Shown here piece after piece: positions 27,041 through 34,075 of a DNA stretch of 64,000 bases (its first letter is position 1; each line of letters opens with the position of its first letter). The notes beneath the pieces are model-generated. The model was not told where the DNA came from. It worked only from the letters and a program-made list of their open reading frames with translations, and searched no databases. The stretch is taken from IMG/VR virus record IMGVR_UViG_3300002307_000018, positions 192,001 through 256,000 of that record; one strand, given 5' to 3'. Origin of the DNA: a virus. Its lineage: Duplodnaviria; Caudoviricetes. A program made the position numbers and the translations under genes.

Positions 27041-27150
27041 ATCATTATTGAACACACTACACGGGAATCGAACCCGCCTACACCGTAAATTAACACGCTG
27101 CTATGTCCATCACTCAGCGTGGCCTACGCCTTTATGTGTTCAATAATGAT
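27041..27150 (-). ncRNA. stalk-closed ncRNA, unit E7, with tRNA-like T arm
   Basis: ATCATTATTGAACACAT / GTGTGTTCAATAATGAT; inner GCGGG-TTCGATT-CCCGT. Confidence 0.75.
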
Positions 27151-27231
27151 GACTCTTGGGGTGCTTCCCAGCAGGCCGATACTTCCCAGTATCATAGAGT
27201 CAACGTACTGCACTTATTGTGTATAATACAC

Positions 27232-27401
27232 AATATTGAAACTCACTGTCAGACCCCTTCCTAAGTGTATTGCGTCTGCTTGCTCACCTTCTGTTTTCTT
27301 GGCGTCTTGAGCGTATCATTTAAGACAGTACTGCGCTGAGCCACTTCAGGCCACGACTTACGTACTCCCTCAGCCAGTAACGGGCAATGAGTTTCAATAT
27401 T
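27232..27401 (-). ncRNA. stalk-closed ncRNA, unit E8
   Basis: AATATTGAAACTCATTG / CAGTGAGTTTCAATATT. Confidence 0.72.
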
Positions 27402-27410
27402 ATGTATGTT

Positions 27411-27503
27411 ACGCAATATTGAAATACACTCTCGACGCCTGGTCCCGTTGCTGCGGCCCACTCGGCGGGACTTTGCGACTTTGAATGTACTTCAATATTG
27501 CGT
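27411..27503 (-). ncRNA. stalk-closed ncRNA, unit E9
   Basis: ACGCAATATTGAAGTACATT / AGTGTATTTCAATATTGCGT. Confidence 0.75.
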
Positions 27504-27508
27504 ACTGA

Positions 27509-27521
27509 TTGTTAAAGAGCG
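27509..27521 (-). promoter_or_regulatory. boxA antitermination element
   Basis: CGCTCTTTAACAA matches rrn boxA (TGCTCTTTAACA) and lambda nut boxA. Confidence 0.7.
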
Positions 27522-27547
27522 TTTACTGCATTACTTACTATACTACT

Positions 27548-27576
27548 ATTATAACTGAATTCTGATTTACTGTCAA
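27548..27576 (-). promoter_or_regulatory. sigma70 promoter for ncRNA/tRNA block
   Basis: TTGACA-17-TATAAT; no ORF before E9. Confidence 0.88.
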
Positions 27577-27592
27577 GAGAATTTAACACTAT

Positions 27593-27784
27593 TTAAAAAT
27601 TAAATTCTCTGACCCAATCGAAACGCTGATTACCAAGGCGCACCCACTTGACTGCGTTAGAGTTTACATCTCCTACATGAGGACAAACACAAACCCACCC
27701 ACGATCCTGTGAGAACTTGACTGTTTCAGCGACACGGATAACTTCAACGATTTTACCGTTCATCTTAGCTACTGTTACAGTCAT
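27593..27784 (-). CDS. hypothetical protein
   Basis: GGAG SD. Confidence 0.7.
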   Translation of the reverse strand: MTVTVAKMNGKIVEVIRVAETVKFSQDRGWVCVCPHVGDVNSNAVKWVRLGNQRFDWVREFNF

Positions 27785-27800
27785 TGCAATCTCCTAATAA

Positions 27801-28007
27801 TTACGCCGCGTCTACATCAATACCGACACTACGCATATAAGCGTCAAGAGCATCTGAATAATAATCTTCCGCCATTACTCGCATAATCAAACTACGATCA
27901 AACTTCATGCCGTGAATAACCACGGGACCTTCAGCGTCTAGCTTGTCGCAGAATTTTTCTTCTGCACTCGCCATTTGATTCATTAGATCCATTGGGTTTA
28001 AGTCCAT
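27801..28007 (-). CDS. hypothetical protein
   Basis: AAGGA SD; start reassigned. Confidence 0.65.
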   Translation of the reverse strand: MDLNPMDLMNQMASAEEKFCDKLDAEGPVVIHGMKFDRSLIMRVMAEDYYSDALDAYMRSVGIDVDAA

Positions 28008-28038
28008 GATTGCTTCCTTTTCTCTAGTGTATGTGTAC

Positions 28039-28067
28039 ATTGTACACTATTACCGATTTATCGTCAA
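28039..28067 (-). promoter_or_regulatory. sigma70-type promoter
   Basis: TTGACG-17-TACAAT. Confidence 0.8.
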
Positions 28068-28068
28068 G

Positions 28069-28284
28069 CTATTTTTGCGTTAAATCCATATAAATTACAT
28101 TCCCAACTTGCTGCCACTTGTACTTGTGCCGCATTTGCTCAGTCATGATTTTGTCAACTGGCGCCCACAACTCTGGGTACAATTCTCGCATAGCATTCAT
28201 AAACGGAGTATCATACGCATAAGTAGCGTCTTGATACTTTTCCGCCAATCGAGCAATTTTCTCAACGTCAATTGTAATCTGCAT
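28069..28284 (-). CDS. hypothetical protein
   Basis: packed ORF, start reassigned. Confidence 0.6.
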   Translation of the reverse strand: MQITIDVEKIARLAEKYQDATYAYDTPFMNAMRELYPELWAPVDKIMTEQMRHKYKWQQVGNVIYMDLTQK

Positions 28285-28285
28285 A

Positions 28286-28552
28286 TTAGTCCAGACTGTT
28301 AAAAGCATCTTCAAATACTTTTAATACATCTTTAAGAGTATATATTTTATCTGTTTCAAATAGCCACCCACCGTTACCATGACGACCATCATCTACGCAA
28401 ATATAGCGTATGGGCTCATTGTCACGTCTGTGACTTGGGTGTGCATACTCAGTAATGTTAATCTGAGAATGCTTAGTGACAAAGAATTTGACATCAACTC
28501 CACCGTGCGACCCGTGCATTTTCATTGAAACAATAGCTACATTCTTAGCCAT
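28286..28552 (-). CDS. hypothetical protein
   Basis: AAGGA SD, own promoter. Confidence 0.7.
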   Translation of the reverse strand: MAKNVAIVSMKMHGSHGGVDVKFFVTKHSQINITEYAHPSHRRDNEPIRYICVDDGRHGNGGWLFETDKIYTLKDVLKVFEDAFNSLD

Positions 28553-28582
28553 AGTATTTCCTTTTGTTCAGTGTAAGTACGT

Positions 28583-28611
28583 ATTATAACTGAATACTGA
28601 TTTACTGTCAA
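28583..28611 (-). promoter_or_regulatory. sigma70-type promoter
   Basis: TTGACA-17-TATAAT. Confidence 0.85.
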
Positions 28612-28666
28612 GGAAAAGCACTAAACAGTGCTTAGTATTGTGTTGTATTTTTACAACACTTTTTAT

Positions 28667-28740
28667 TGGAAGGGGTGCTAAGAATCGAACTTAGGATAGC
28701 GAGTTCAAAGCCCGCTGTTATACCATTTAACTACACCCCA
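28667..28740 (-). tRNA. tRNA-Gln(UUG)
   Basis: loop CTTTGAA, CCA. Confidence 0.92.
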
Positions 28741-28746
28741 CTTGAT

Positions 28747-28821
28747 TGGTAGGTCGCCTCAGTATCGAACTGAGTTCTTTCGGGTAAGAGCCGAGTGCTT
28801 CACCATTAAAGCTTGCAACCT
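28747..28821 (-). tRNA. tRNA-Lys(CUU)
   Basis: loop CTCTTAC, CCA. Confidence 0.9.
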
Positions 28822-28829
28822 ATTGTACA

Positions 28830-28906
28830 TGGCTCCGTCTGTTGGTAACGATCCAACCTTCTTCGGTTAACAGCCGAGCATACTCACCATGAATATTAAG
28901 ACGGAA
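28830..28906 (-). tRNA. tRNA-Asn(GUU), variant T-loop
   Basis: loop CTGTTAA; T-loop ATCGTTA. Confidence 0.85.
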
Positions 28907-28915
28907 TTGAAATTG

Positions 28916-29009
28916 TGGCGGGTAGCAGAGGAGTCGAACCCCATCCCCATTACAGAGAACCTGGTTTTCAAGGCCAGTCGCAGGACCAACCCCGCTGCAT
29001 TACTACCCG
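28916..29009 (-). tRNA. tRNA-Ser(UGA)
   Basis: loop CTTGAAA, long variable arm, CCA. Confidence 0.88.
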
Positions 29010-29022
29010 TTGTTTTTGATTG

Positions 29023-29097
29023 TGGTAGTTCCAACTGGAATCGAACCAGTGGTCTTCACGATGTCAACGTGACGATTTACCGCTAATCTATGGAACT
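29023..29097 (-). tRNA. tRNA-Val(GAC)
   Basis: loop TTGACAT, CCA. Confidence 0.92.
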
Positions 29098-30040
29098 ATT
29101 TTTTAACTATTGCTGGATTATATTTATTTAATTGTATATCTCCAGGGAATGTACAATTTGGTCTAGAACAGGTTAGATACTCGTCAAGAAACTTGAAATT
29201 TGAAATATGTCCAAGTATTTTTACCTTACAAATTCCAGCACTGACCTGACCGTTTGCGTACACATCGATTCCTTCGCTACCAGCCGAACATCTCCAATTT
29301 TGAAAATAGTGTTGTCCTTCTGCCATGATAGTGTTCGGCAATGTACGTCTAGTGGTGTTATCGGAGTATACAGACTCACAATCCCACGTGAAATTCATAT
29401 TTAACTTCGTTGGATAGTTCTTAACGAAATTTAACTGCTCTTCGGTATACTGATGCAGATTTCTACTAACTGTGCTTTGATGCTGTAATATTTTTGGAAC
29501 AATGAACGGTTTGAACCGATCATCAACATCATCGACTATTTTCAATACAGTGTCCCACATTTGAGGGTGACACATCAAGTTAAATCTAATCGATACCCCG
29601 TTATCATTTAAAAATTCACAAAGTTCATTGATGCGTATCTTTTTACTATCATAGTACTCGGGGTGTAAAGACAGTATGACTAGATTGGGCAGATGTGGCA
29701 AAGATTTCCACCAACTAATGCCTCTAGTTCCGTTGGTTGTCAATATGATAACGGCATAGTCATGTAGTCGCTCAATAATATTACCGCACTTAGGATGTGC
29801 AGTCGGCTCACCACCTGATATGTTAATCATCAATCTTTTTTGCGTTGTTCGCTGCGTGTCAATCAACGTGTCAATAAACTTATCTATATCATGATCAGTT
29901 GGAAATCCTTGACTTTTAGCGAATTTTCCTTGTTTTAACGCAGGAGGACAATATGTACAATCCTGATTACAGAAATTCGTGATAACCCAATGAACAAAAA
30001 TGTCATTGTTTAAATTTTTTATTTCTATAATCTCTTTCAT
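29096..30040 (-). CDS. radical SAM protein with SPASM/twitch-like C-terminus
   Basis: CNQDCTYC, SGGEPT, TTNG, C-terminal Cys cluster. Confidence 0.88.
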   Translation of the reverse strand: MKEIIEIKNLNNDIFVHWVITNFCNQDCTYCPPALKQGKFAKSQGFPTDHDIDKFIDTLIDTQRTTQKRLMINISGGEPTAHPKCGNIIERLHDYAVIILTTNGTRGISWWKSLPHLPNLVILSLHPEYYDSKKIRINELCEFLNDNGVSIRFNLMCHPQMWDTVLKIVDDVDDRFKPFIVPKILQHQSTVSRNLHQYTEEQLNFVKNYPTKLNMNFTWDCESVYSDNTTRRTLPNTIMAEGQHYFQNWRCSAGSEGIDVYANGQVSAGICKVKILGHISNFKFLDEYLTCSRPNCTFPGDIQLNKYNPAIVKK

Positions 30041-30053
30041 ATTATCCTAATGT

Positions 30054-30137
30054 TGGTGCCCCCAGCGAGACTCGAACTCGCACGGATTTCTCCACTAGTT
30101 CCTAAGACTAGCGTGTCTGCCATTCCACCACAGGGGC
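30054..30137 (-). tRNA. tRNA-Leu(UAG)
   Basis: loop CTTAGGA, variable arm, CCA. Confidence 0.93.
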
Positions 30138-30155
30138 ATTGTACTCTTTACTATT

Positions 30156-30229
30156 TGGCGTACCCCCAAGGACTCGAACCTTGACTAGCGGTTTTGGAGA
30201 CCGATATGCTGCCATTACATTAGGGATAC
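30156..30229 (-). tRNA. tRNA-Trp(CCA)
   Basis: loop CTCCAAA, CCA. Confidence 0.92.
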
Positions 30230-30235
30230 AAAAAC

Positions 30236-30311
30236 TGGAGCGGGTGATCGGGATCGAACCGACGACAATCACGTTGGCAACGTGGCGCTCTACCATCTGA
30301 GCTACGCCCGC
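30236..30311 (-). tRNA. tRNA-Gly(GCC)
   Basis: loop TTGCCAA, CCA. Confidence 0.93.
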
Positions 30312-30386
30312 ATTAAATTTGTACTACGAAACTATTTATATGTTATACATACTGTCATATAATATGTATGCAAACTTCTCTCGATC

Positions 30387-31082
30387 TCAGCAAATATGCG
30401 GAGGAAGAAGTTTGATTTTCTCAAACTCAGTAATTGGGCCAAGATTTTCTGTAATTATACTAGTGTACTCTGTTGGAATCATATCCAAGGCCAGCATTCC
30501 ACGAGGAGCTGATGACTTACTTACAGTTTTATGAGGTATTCTATGATTGAACACATAGTAAAATCCAGACTTCATTTCTACTTCATATAGATCATCTGAC
30601 AAGTGTGGTACTGGGTTAAAGTCTCCACGATCAGTCGGAGTGTCGGCAGTCCAACTACAGAAATAATTTTTTACATCACTGTTATCTGTAAGCGGAATCA
30701 TTACTTTGCTTGCTACTATTCCATTTGCCAGTCTATCATGATGCCATCTTATAGTACCATTGGGTACTAATAGAGTTAGTTCAGCCCATAACAACGACAT
30801 TGAAACTGTAAACAATGTTTTGATTTCTTCAGCCACGTTGACGATTGCCGCTTCTAATTTTTTATTAGAAAATAATCTTGTTGGATCATATTCTACTCGT
30901 CTAGTGCATGGATATATCGCAGCCTGAGCAGGGTCTCTTTTATTATTTTGAAAGTTTTCTCCCCAGTCTTCTTCTTGCCAACACTGTTGTAGTGCTGAAA
31001 AAAGATCAGAATTCACTGGATTTGGAAACTGATAAATGCTAGTCCATGGTAAATTATTTTTCGTTGGATAAGAAGTATTCAT
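30387..31082 (-). CDS. 2OG-Fe(II) oxygenase (AspH-like)
   Basis: WHHD ... FNHRIPHKT ... R. Confidence 0.7.
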   Translation of the reverse strand: MNTSYPTKNNLPWTSIYQFPNPVNSDLFSALQQCWQEEDWGENFQNNKRDPAQAAIYPCTRRVEYDPTRLFSNKKLEAAIVNVAEEIKTLFTVSMSLLWAELTLLVPNGTIRWHHDRLANGIVASKVMIPLTDNSDVKNYFCSWTADTPTDRGDFNPVPHLSDDLYEVEMKSGFYYVFNHRIPHKTVSKSSAPRGMLALDMIPTEYTSIITENLGPITEFEKIKLLPPHIC

Positions 31083-31129
31083 AGTATGAATATTTATCAA
31101 ATCGTAAGCGACCCTGTATAAATACTCAC

Positions 31130-31666
31130 ATGGAATATGTCATTAAACTAAATCTACCGCAACTTGATCAGGTCTTGACTGCCGAGGCATTGTCAATGAT
31201 AAATGTGACTCCAACTGATGCAGTGCGTTCTTATTACAAACCCGCTGATATAATCAGATCAGAATTTCTAATCGTCAATGGTTTCAAATGGGATCGTATT
31301 TTTGATTTTTCTAAGCCACCCAAATATACAGCGCAAATCCACACTGATTCATTCTTACACAAATGTGCTTGGGGAATCAACTGGATATACGGCGCAGATG
31401 GACTTTTAAATTACTGGGATAGAAAAGATGTTGTTGAGAATGAAACCATAAACAACAAACTAGGTAATTTAGTTAGGTTTAAACCAACCGACATTCCTCC
31501 AATTAAAAGCTACTATATGACGCCGGCTGCATATCTTGTTAATGCAAGAGAGCCGCATCAGGCTGTTAGCATAGGCGATCGCCATTGTATCAGCGCACGT
31601 TGCAGTACATCATACAACTTTAGTTGGGAAGAAATCGTAGATCGATTTCAAGACTACATTATGTAA
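31130..31666 (+). CDS. 2OG-Fe(II) oxygenase-like protein
   Basis: IHTD ... PHQAV ... RHCISAR; TATAAATA upstream. Confidence 0.7.
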   Translation: MEYVIKLNLPQLDQVLTAEALSMINVTPTDAVRSYYKPADIIRSEFLIVNGFKWDRIFDFSKPPKYTAQIHTDSFLHKCAWGINWIYGADGLLNYWDRKDVVENETINNKLGNLVRFKPTDIPPIKSYYMTPAAYLVNAREPHQAVSIGDRHCISARCSTSYNFSWEEIVDRFQDYIM

Positions 31667-31667
31667 T

Positions 31668-31743
31668 TGGTGCCCCCTGTTGGTTACGATCCAACCTTTA
31701 CAGCTTTTCAAGCTGTCACTTTCACCAGATTAGTTTAAGGGAC
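31668..31743 (-). tRNA. tRNA-Phe(GAA), variant T-loop
   Basis: loop TTGAAAA; T-loop ATCGTAA. Confidence 0.85.
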
Positions 31744-31745
31744 AT

Positions 31746-31821
31746 TGGTCTCCACGCCAAGATTTGAACTTGGACCGCCTGGCTCCAGACCAGCTACGCT
31801 ACCAGATTACGCCACGCAGAG
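31746..31821 (-). tRNA. tRNA-Pro(UGG), variant
   Basis: loop TCTGGAG (C33), CCA. Confidence 0.8.
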
Positions 31822-31831
31822 ATTAAAACTT

Positions 31832-31909
31832 TGGTACCCTCGCTCGGAGTTGAACCGAGAGAATTTTTCCTTTTGAGAGAAACGACTTTGCCAATTTGTC
31901 CACGAGGGC
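31832..31909 (-). tRNA. tRNA-Leu(CAA) with short variable arm
   Basis: loop CTCAAAA, CCA. Confidence 0.82.
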
Positions 31910-31913
31910 ATTA

Positions 31914-32138
31914 CTATCGGCGCATTTTCCAAGTATAGTTTTCACCACTTGGCAATCGACCGTTTTCAACACTATCTACTCCCATCTTACCTACTTGATT
32001 GGGATTTTCTCCTACCATGGCCACGTATAAGCGACCGATAGTGCGTAGATGATTAGCTTGAGTTAGTGCTTCAATCATTTCCAGATATTCTTCACTACAT
32101 GCTTGACCGTCTGGTGCAGTCCAATATACTTTGTACAA
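31914..32138 (-). CDS. hypothetical protein
   Basis: ORF between tRNAs. Confidence 0.65.
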   Translation of the reverse strand: MYKVYWTAPDGQACSEEYLEMIEALTQANHLRTIGRLYVAMVGENPNQVGKMGVDSVENGRLPSGENYTWKMRR

Positions 32139-32157
32139 TATTTTCTCTTTTTCTAGT

Positions 32158-32232
32158 TGGTACCCCCTGATGGAATTGAACCACCATCACTAAGTTCGTA
32201 GCCTAGTATCCTATCCGTTGAACGAAGGGGGC
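32158..32232 (-). tRNA. tRNA-Arg(ACG)
   Basis: loop CTACGAA, CCA. Confidence 0.92.
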
Positions 32233-32241
32233 GTTGTTAAT

Positions 32242-32838
32242 TTAAAATCCAAACATTATTTTTCTAGCATCTTCAAAATAAATGTTCTCTGGGTGCAGCG
32301 GTCTTAGCGTAAGAATGATACGCTCGTTTGCTGACTGTCTGTTATCAAAATCGTGCCATATCTCTGTGTTAAACAAGACAGCCTCATTTGGCTTAGCACA
32401 CATTGTTTTCAATGGACAATGTTTGGAAGTATCGCAGCCAATAAGTCTACGGCCGGTTTGTCCAGGCGGATTATCGTCTGTTTGATAGTCTTTCATATCT
32501 TCATCCGAGAACCAACTAGTGATACACTTATCATCTAGTATTTTTATCGGATAGTTAAAACTAATGTGCGTAGCTATACCATCCTTGTGTACTCTGCCAT
32601 AATGGCCAGATTTACTAACCAACAATGATACACGCTCATGATTTAATTCAAACTGAGTAGACATCGGCGACATATCAAGAATCTCTTGACCCAGTTCTTT
32701 GTCGAATTTGTGTTGTGCAAACTGATATGGGAATTCTATCTTAGATGCAATATCCTGACAGCGATTGATTATTTGTGTCAACATTGGATACGTAAATCTA
32801 ATATAATATGGGCTACAATCTTCTATGATACTATACAT
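32242..32838 (-). CDS. 2OG-Fe(II) oxygenase-like protein (paralog of 40355-40990)
   Basis: HKD ... FNTEIWHD ... R; shared IEDCSPYYIRFTY N-terminus. Confidence 0.7.
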   Translation of the reverse strand: MYSIIEDCSPYYIRFTYPMLTQIINRCQDIASKIEFPYQFAQHKFDKELGQEILDMSPMSTQFELNHERVSLLVSKSGHYGRVHKDGIATHISFNYPIKILDDKCITSWFSDEDMKDYQTDDNPPGQTGRRLIGCDTSKHCPLKTMCAKPNEAVLFNTEIWHDFDNRQSANERIILTLRPLHPENIYFEDARKIMFGF

Positions 32839-32853
32839 ATCTTCTCTAAAAAT

Positions 32854-32930
32854 TGGTCGGAGTACAAGGATTCGAACCTTGGACTTCTTGCTCCCAAAGC
32901 AAGCACTCTACCAGACTGAGCTACACTCCG
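32854..32930 (-). tRNA. tRNA-Pro(UGG)
   Basis: loop TTTGGGA, CCA. Confidence 0.93.
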
Positions 32931-32940
32931 AAATTACTTC

Positions 32941-33177
32941 TTAACTATAGACATCACCGTGAGGTAACTCTGTGCCATTGGCAAGAGCAATAACCGCATC
33001 AACTGACTCCATTACTTCCCAGTTACCATGCGGAGGAATGAACACCATAGTGACTTCTACGATCTCACCAGTGGGTCTTGTTACCGTTGATTTAAATATA
33101 GATACAATTAAATCAGCATTGATTGCAATTGGCTCGTTTAGAAATTCTGGTCGTGCGTTAGTTAATTTAATAAACAT
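32941..33177 (-). CDS. FlbD/SwrD-like small protein
   Basis: MFIKLT...INADLI...VMESVDAV pattern. Confidence 0.5.
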   Translation of the reverse strand: MFIKLTNARPEFLNEPIAINADLIVSIFKSTVTRPTGEIVEVTMVFIPPHGNWEVMESVDAVIALANGTELPHGDVYS

Positions 33178-33195
33178 ATTTTCTCTAAGTTAATT

Positions 33196-33271
33196 TGGTT
33201 GCGACGTGACGGAATCGAACCGCCCCCTGTGGCTTATGAGACCACCGTGCTTACCTACACACTCACCCGCA
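33196..33271 (-). tRNA. tRNA-Met(CAU), initiator-like variant
   Basis: TGCGGG...CGCAACCA ends, loop CTCATAA, irregular acceptor. Confidence 0.72.
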
Positions 33272-33288
33272 ATTGTTACTATACTGAC

Positions 33289-33317
33289 ACTATAACACAC
33301 ACAGTATTTAGTGTCAA
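33289..33317 (-). promoter_or_regulatory. sigma70-type promoter
   Basis: TTGACA-17-TATAGT. Confidence 0.7.
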
Positions 33318-33318
33318 G

Positions 33319-33463
33319 GTATTTGTTGAGCAAGCTGCTATCACTGCCACGCCCAGTTCATTCGGCAGGGGTACGTCATGATGACGAACGTTCGTTCACT
33401 GACGGTTAGGAAAGGTAACCCGTGTGCATTTAACACTGCTCAAACAACTTGCTCAACAAATAC
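33319..33463 (-). ncRNA. stem-closed structured RNA (variant stalk)
   Basis: perfect 16-bp GTATTTGTTGAGCAAG / CTTGCTCAACAAATAC. Confidence 0.65.
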
Positions 33464-33467
33464 ATTA

Positions 33468-33542
33468 TGGTGGAGGGTAAGGGAATCGAACCCTTAACTC
33501 ATGCTTGCAAAGCACATGTGTTCCCGTTAGCACCAACCCCCC
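33468..33542 (-). tRNA. tRNA-Ala(UGC)
   Basis: loop TTTGCAA, CCA. Confidence 0.9.
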
Positions 33543-33552
33543 ATTAAAACTT

Positions 33553-33627
33553 TGGTACCCCCGACAAGAATCGAACTTGTAATAAAGGCTTATCAAGCCT
33601 CCGGTATAACCGTTTACCTACAGGGGT
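33553..33627 (-). tRNA. tRNA-Ile(GAU)
   Basis: loop TTGATAA, CCA. Confidence 0.9.
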
Positions 33628-33634
33628 GTATTTT

Positions 33635-33710
33635 CAATTTATTGAGTACACTACTCGCCCTAATCCCCTAAGCGGGGAGGTACGCTTAGACCAATGTACT
33701 CAATAAATTG
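33635..33710 (-). ncRNA. stalk-closed ncRNA, unit E10, pseudoknot cargo
   Basis: CAATTTATTGAGTACATT / AGTGTACTCAATAAATTG; CTAAGCG/CGCTTAG plus TCCC/GGGA. Confidence 0.75.
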
Positions 33711-33841
33711 TAGTGGCTGTCCCACTACTTGTCTCTTTTACTAACACGGTTACCGCCCGTGTATTCATCCAGAACCCCGCCCATTTAGTGTTTGTTTATA
33801 GTGATTCACACGGCTCTCGTTGCCTACATTCACTTACTGCT

Positions 33842-33876
33842 AAAAACAAAAAACCCTAGATTTCTGGTCTAGGGTT
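33842..33876 (-). terminator. Rho-independent terminator (putative attenuator)
   Basis: AACCCTAGA-CCAGAAA-TCTAGGGTT then TTTTGTTTTT. Confidence 0.85.
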
Positions 33877-33904
33877 CTGAGAATTTTATTTTGTATGCTT
33901 ACTA

Positions 33905-34063
33905 TTACATACAATTTCCCTGAACCCTGAACGCATCAATACGACCATTTGAGTGTGTCGGCATATTGCGTCCCTGTTTGCTAAACTCGGGCCAATATGC
34001 TTCCGCTGTGGCGTTTGACGCTACATAGACGGAACTCAAGAGGTTTAAAAGTTTAGTTTTCAT
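33905..34063 (-). CDS. putative 52-aa leader peptide (not in ORF track)
   Basis: MKTKLLNLLSSVYVASNATAEAYWPEFSKQGRNMPTHSNGRIDAFRVQGNCM; between promoter and terminator; TAA TAG double stop. Confidence 0.65.
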   Translation of the reverse strand: MKTKLLNLLSSVYVASNATAEAYWPEFSKQGRNMPTHSNGRIDAFRVQGNCM

Positions 34064-34075
34064 GTTTAAGTTAGT

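Noticed and set aside
25156-27503. CRISPR array (arms contain ATTGAAA and TTTCAAT, like CRISPR repeat ends)
   Set aside because: Repeats alternate in inverted orientation, spacing varies from about 40 to 140 nt, inserts are structured RNAs, and no cas genes are in the window
10969-33381. ORF-track calls overlapping tRNAs or stalk RNAs (e.g. 10969-11316, 11587-11833, 22210-22461, 25652-26143, 26208-26456, 26585-26770, 27261-27461, 28889-29086, 30108-30296, 33199-33381)
   Set aside because: They run through or antisense to RNA genes, with no SD or protein motifs
10995-33627. Stop-codon recoding or suppressor tRNAs
   Set aside because: No CUA/UUA/UCA anticodons; genes end normally in TAA, TAG and TGA
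33711-33841. tmRNA or RNase P RNA
   Set aside because: Hairpins are present, but I could not find an Ala-type acceptor with tag frame or RNase P conserved regions; left as unassigned structured leader
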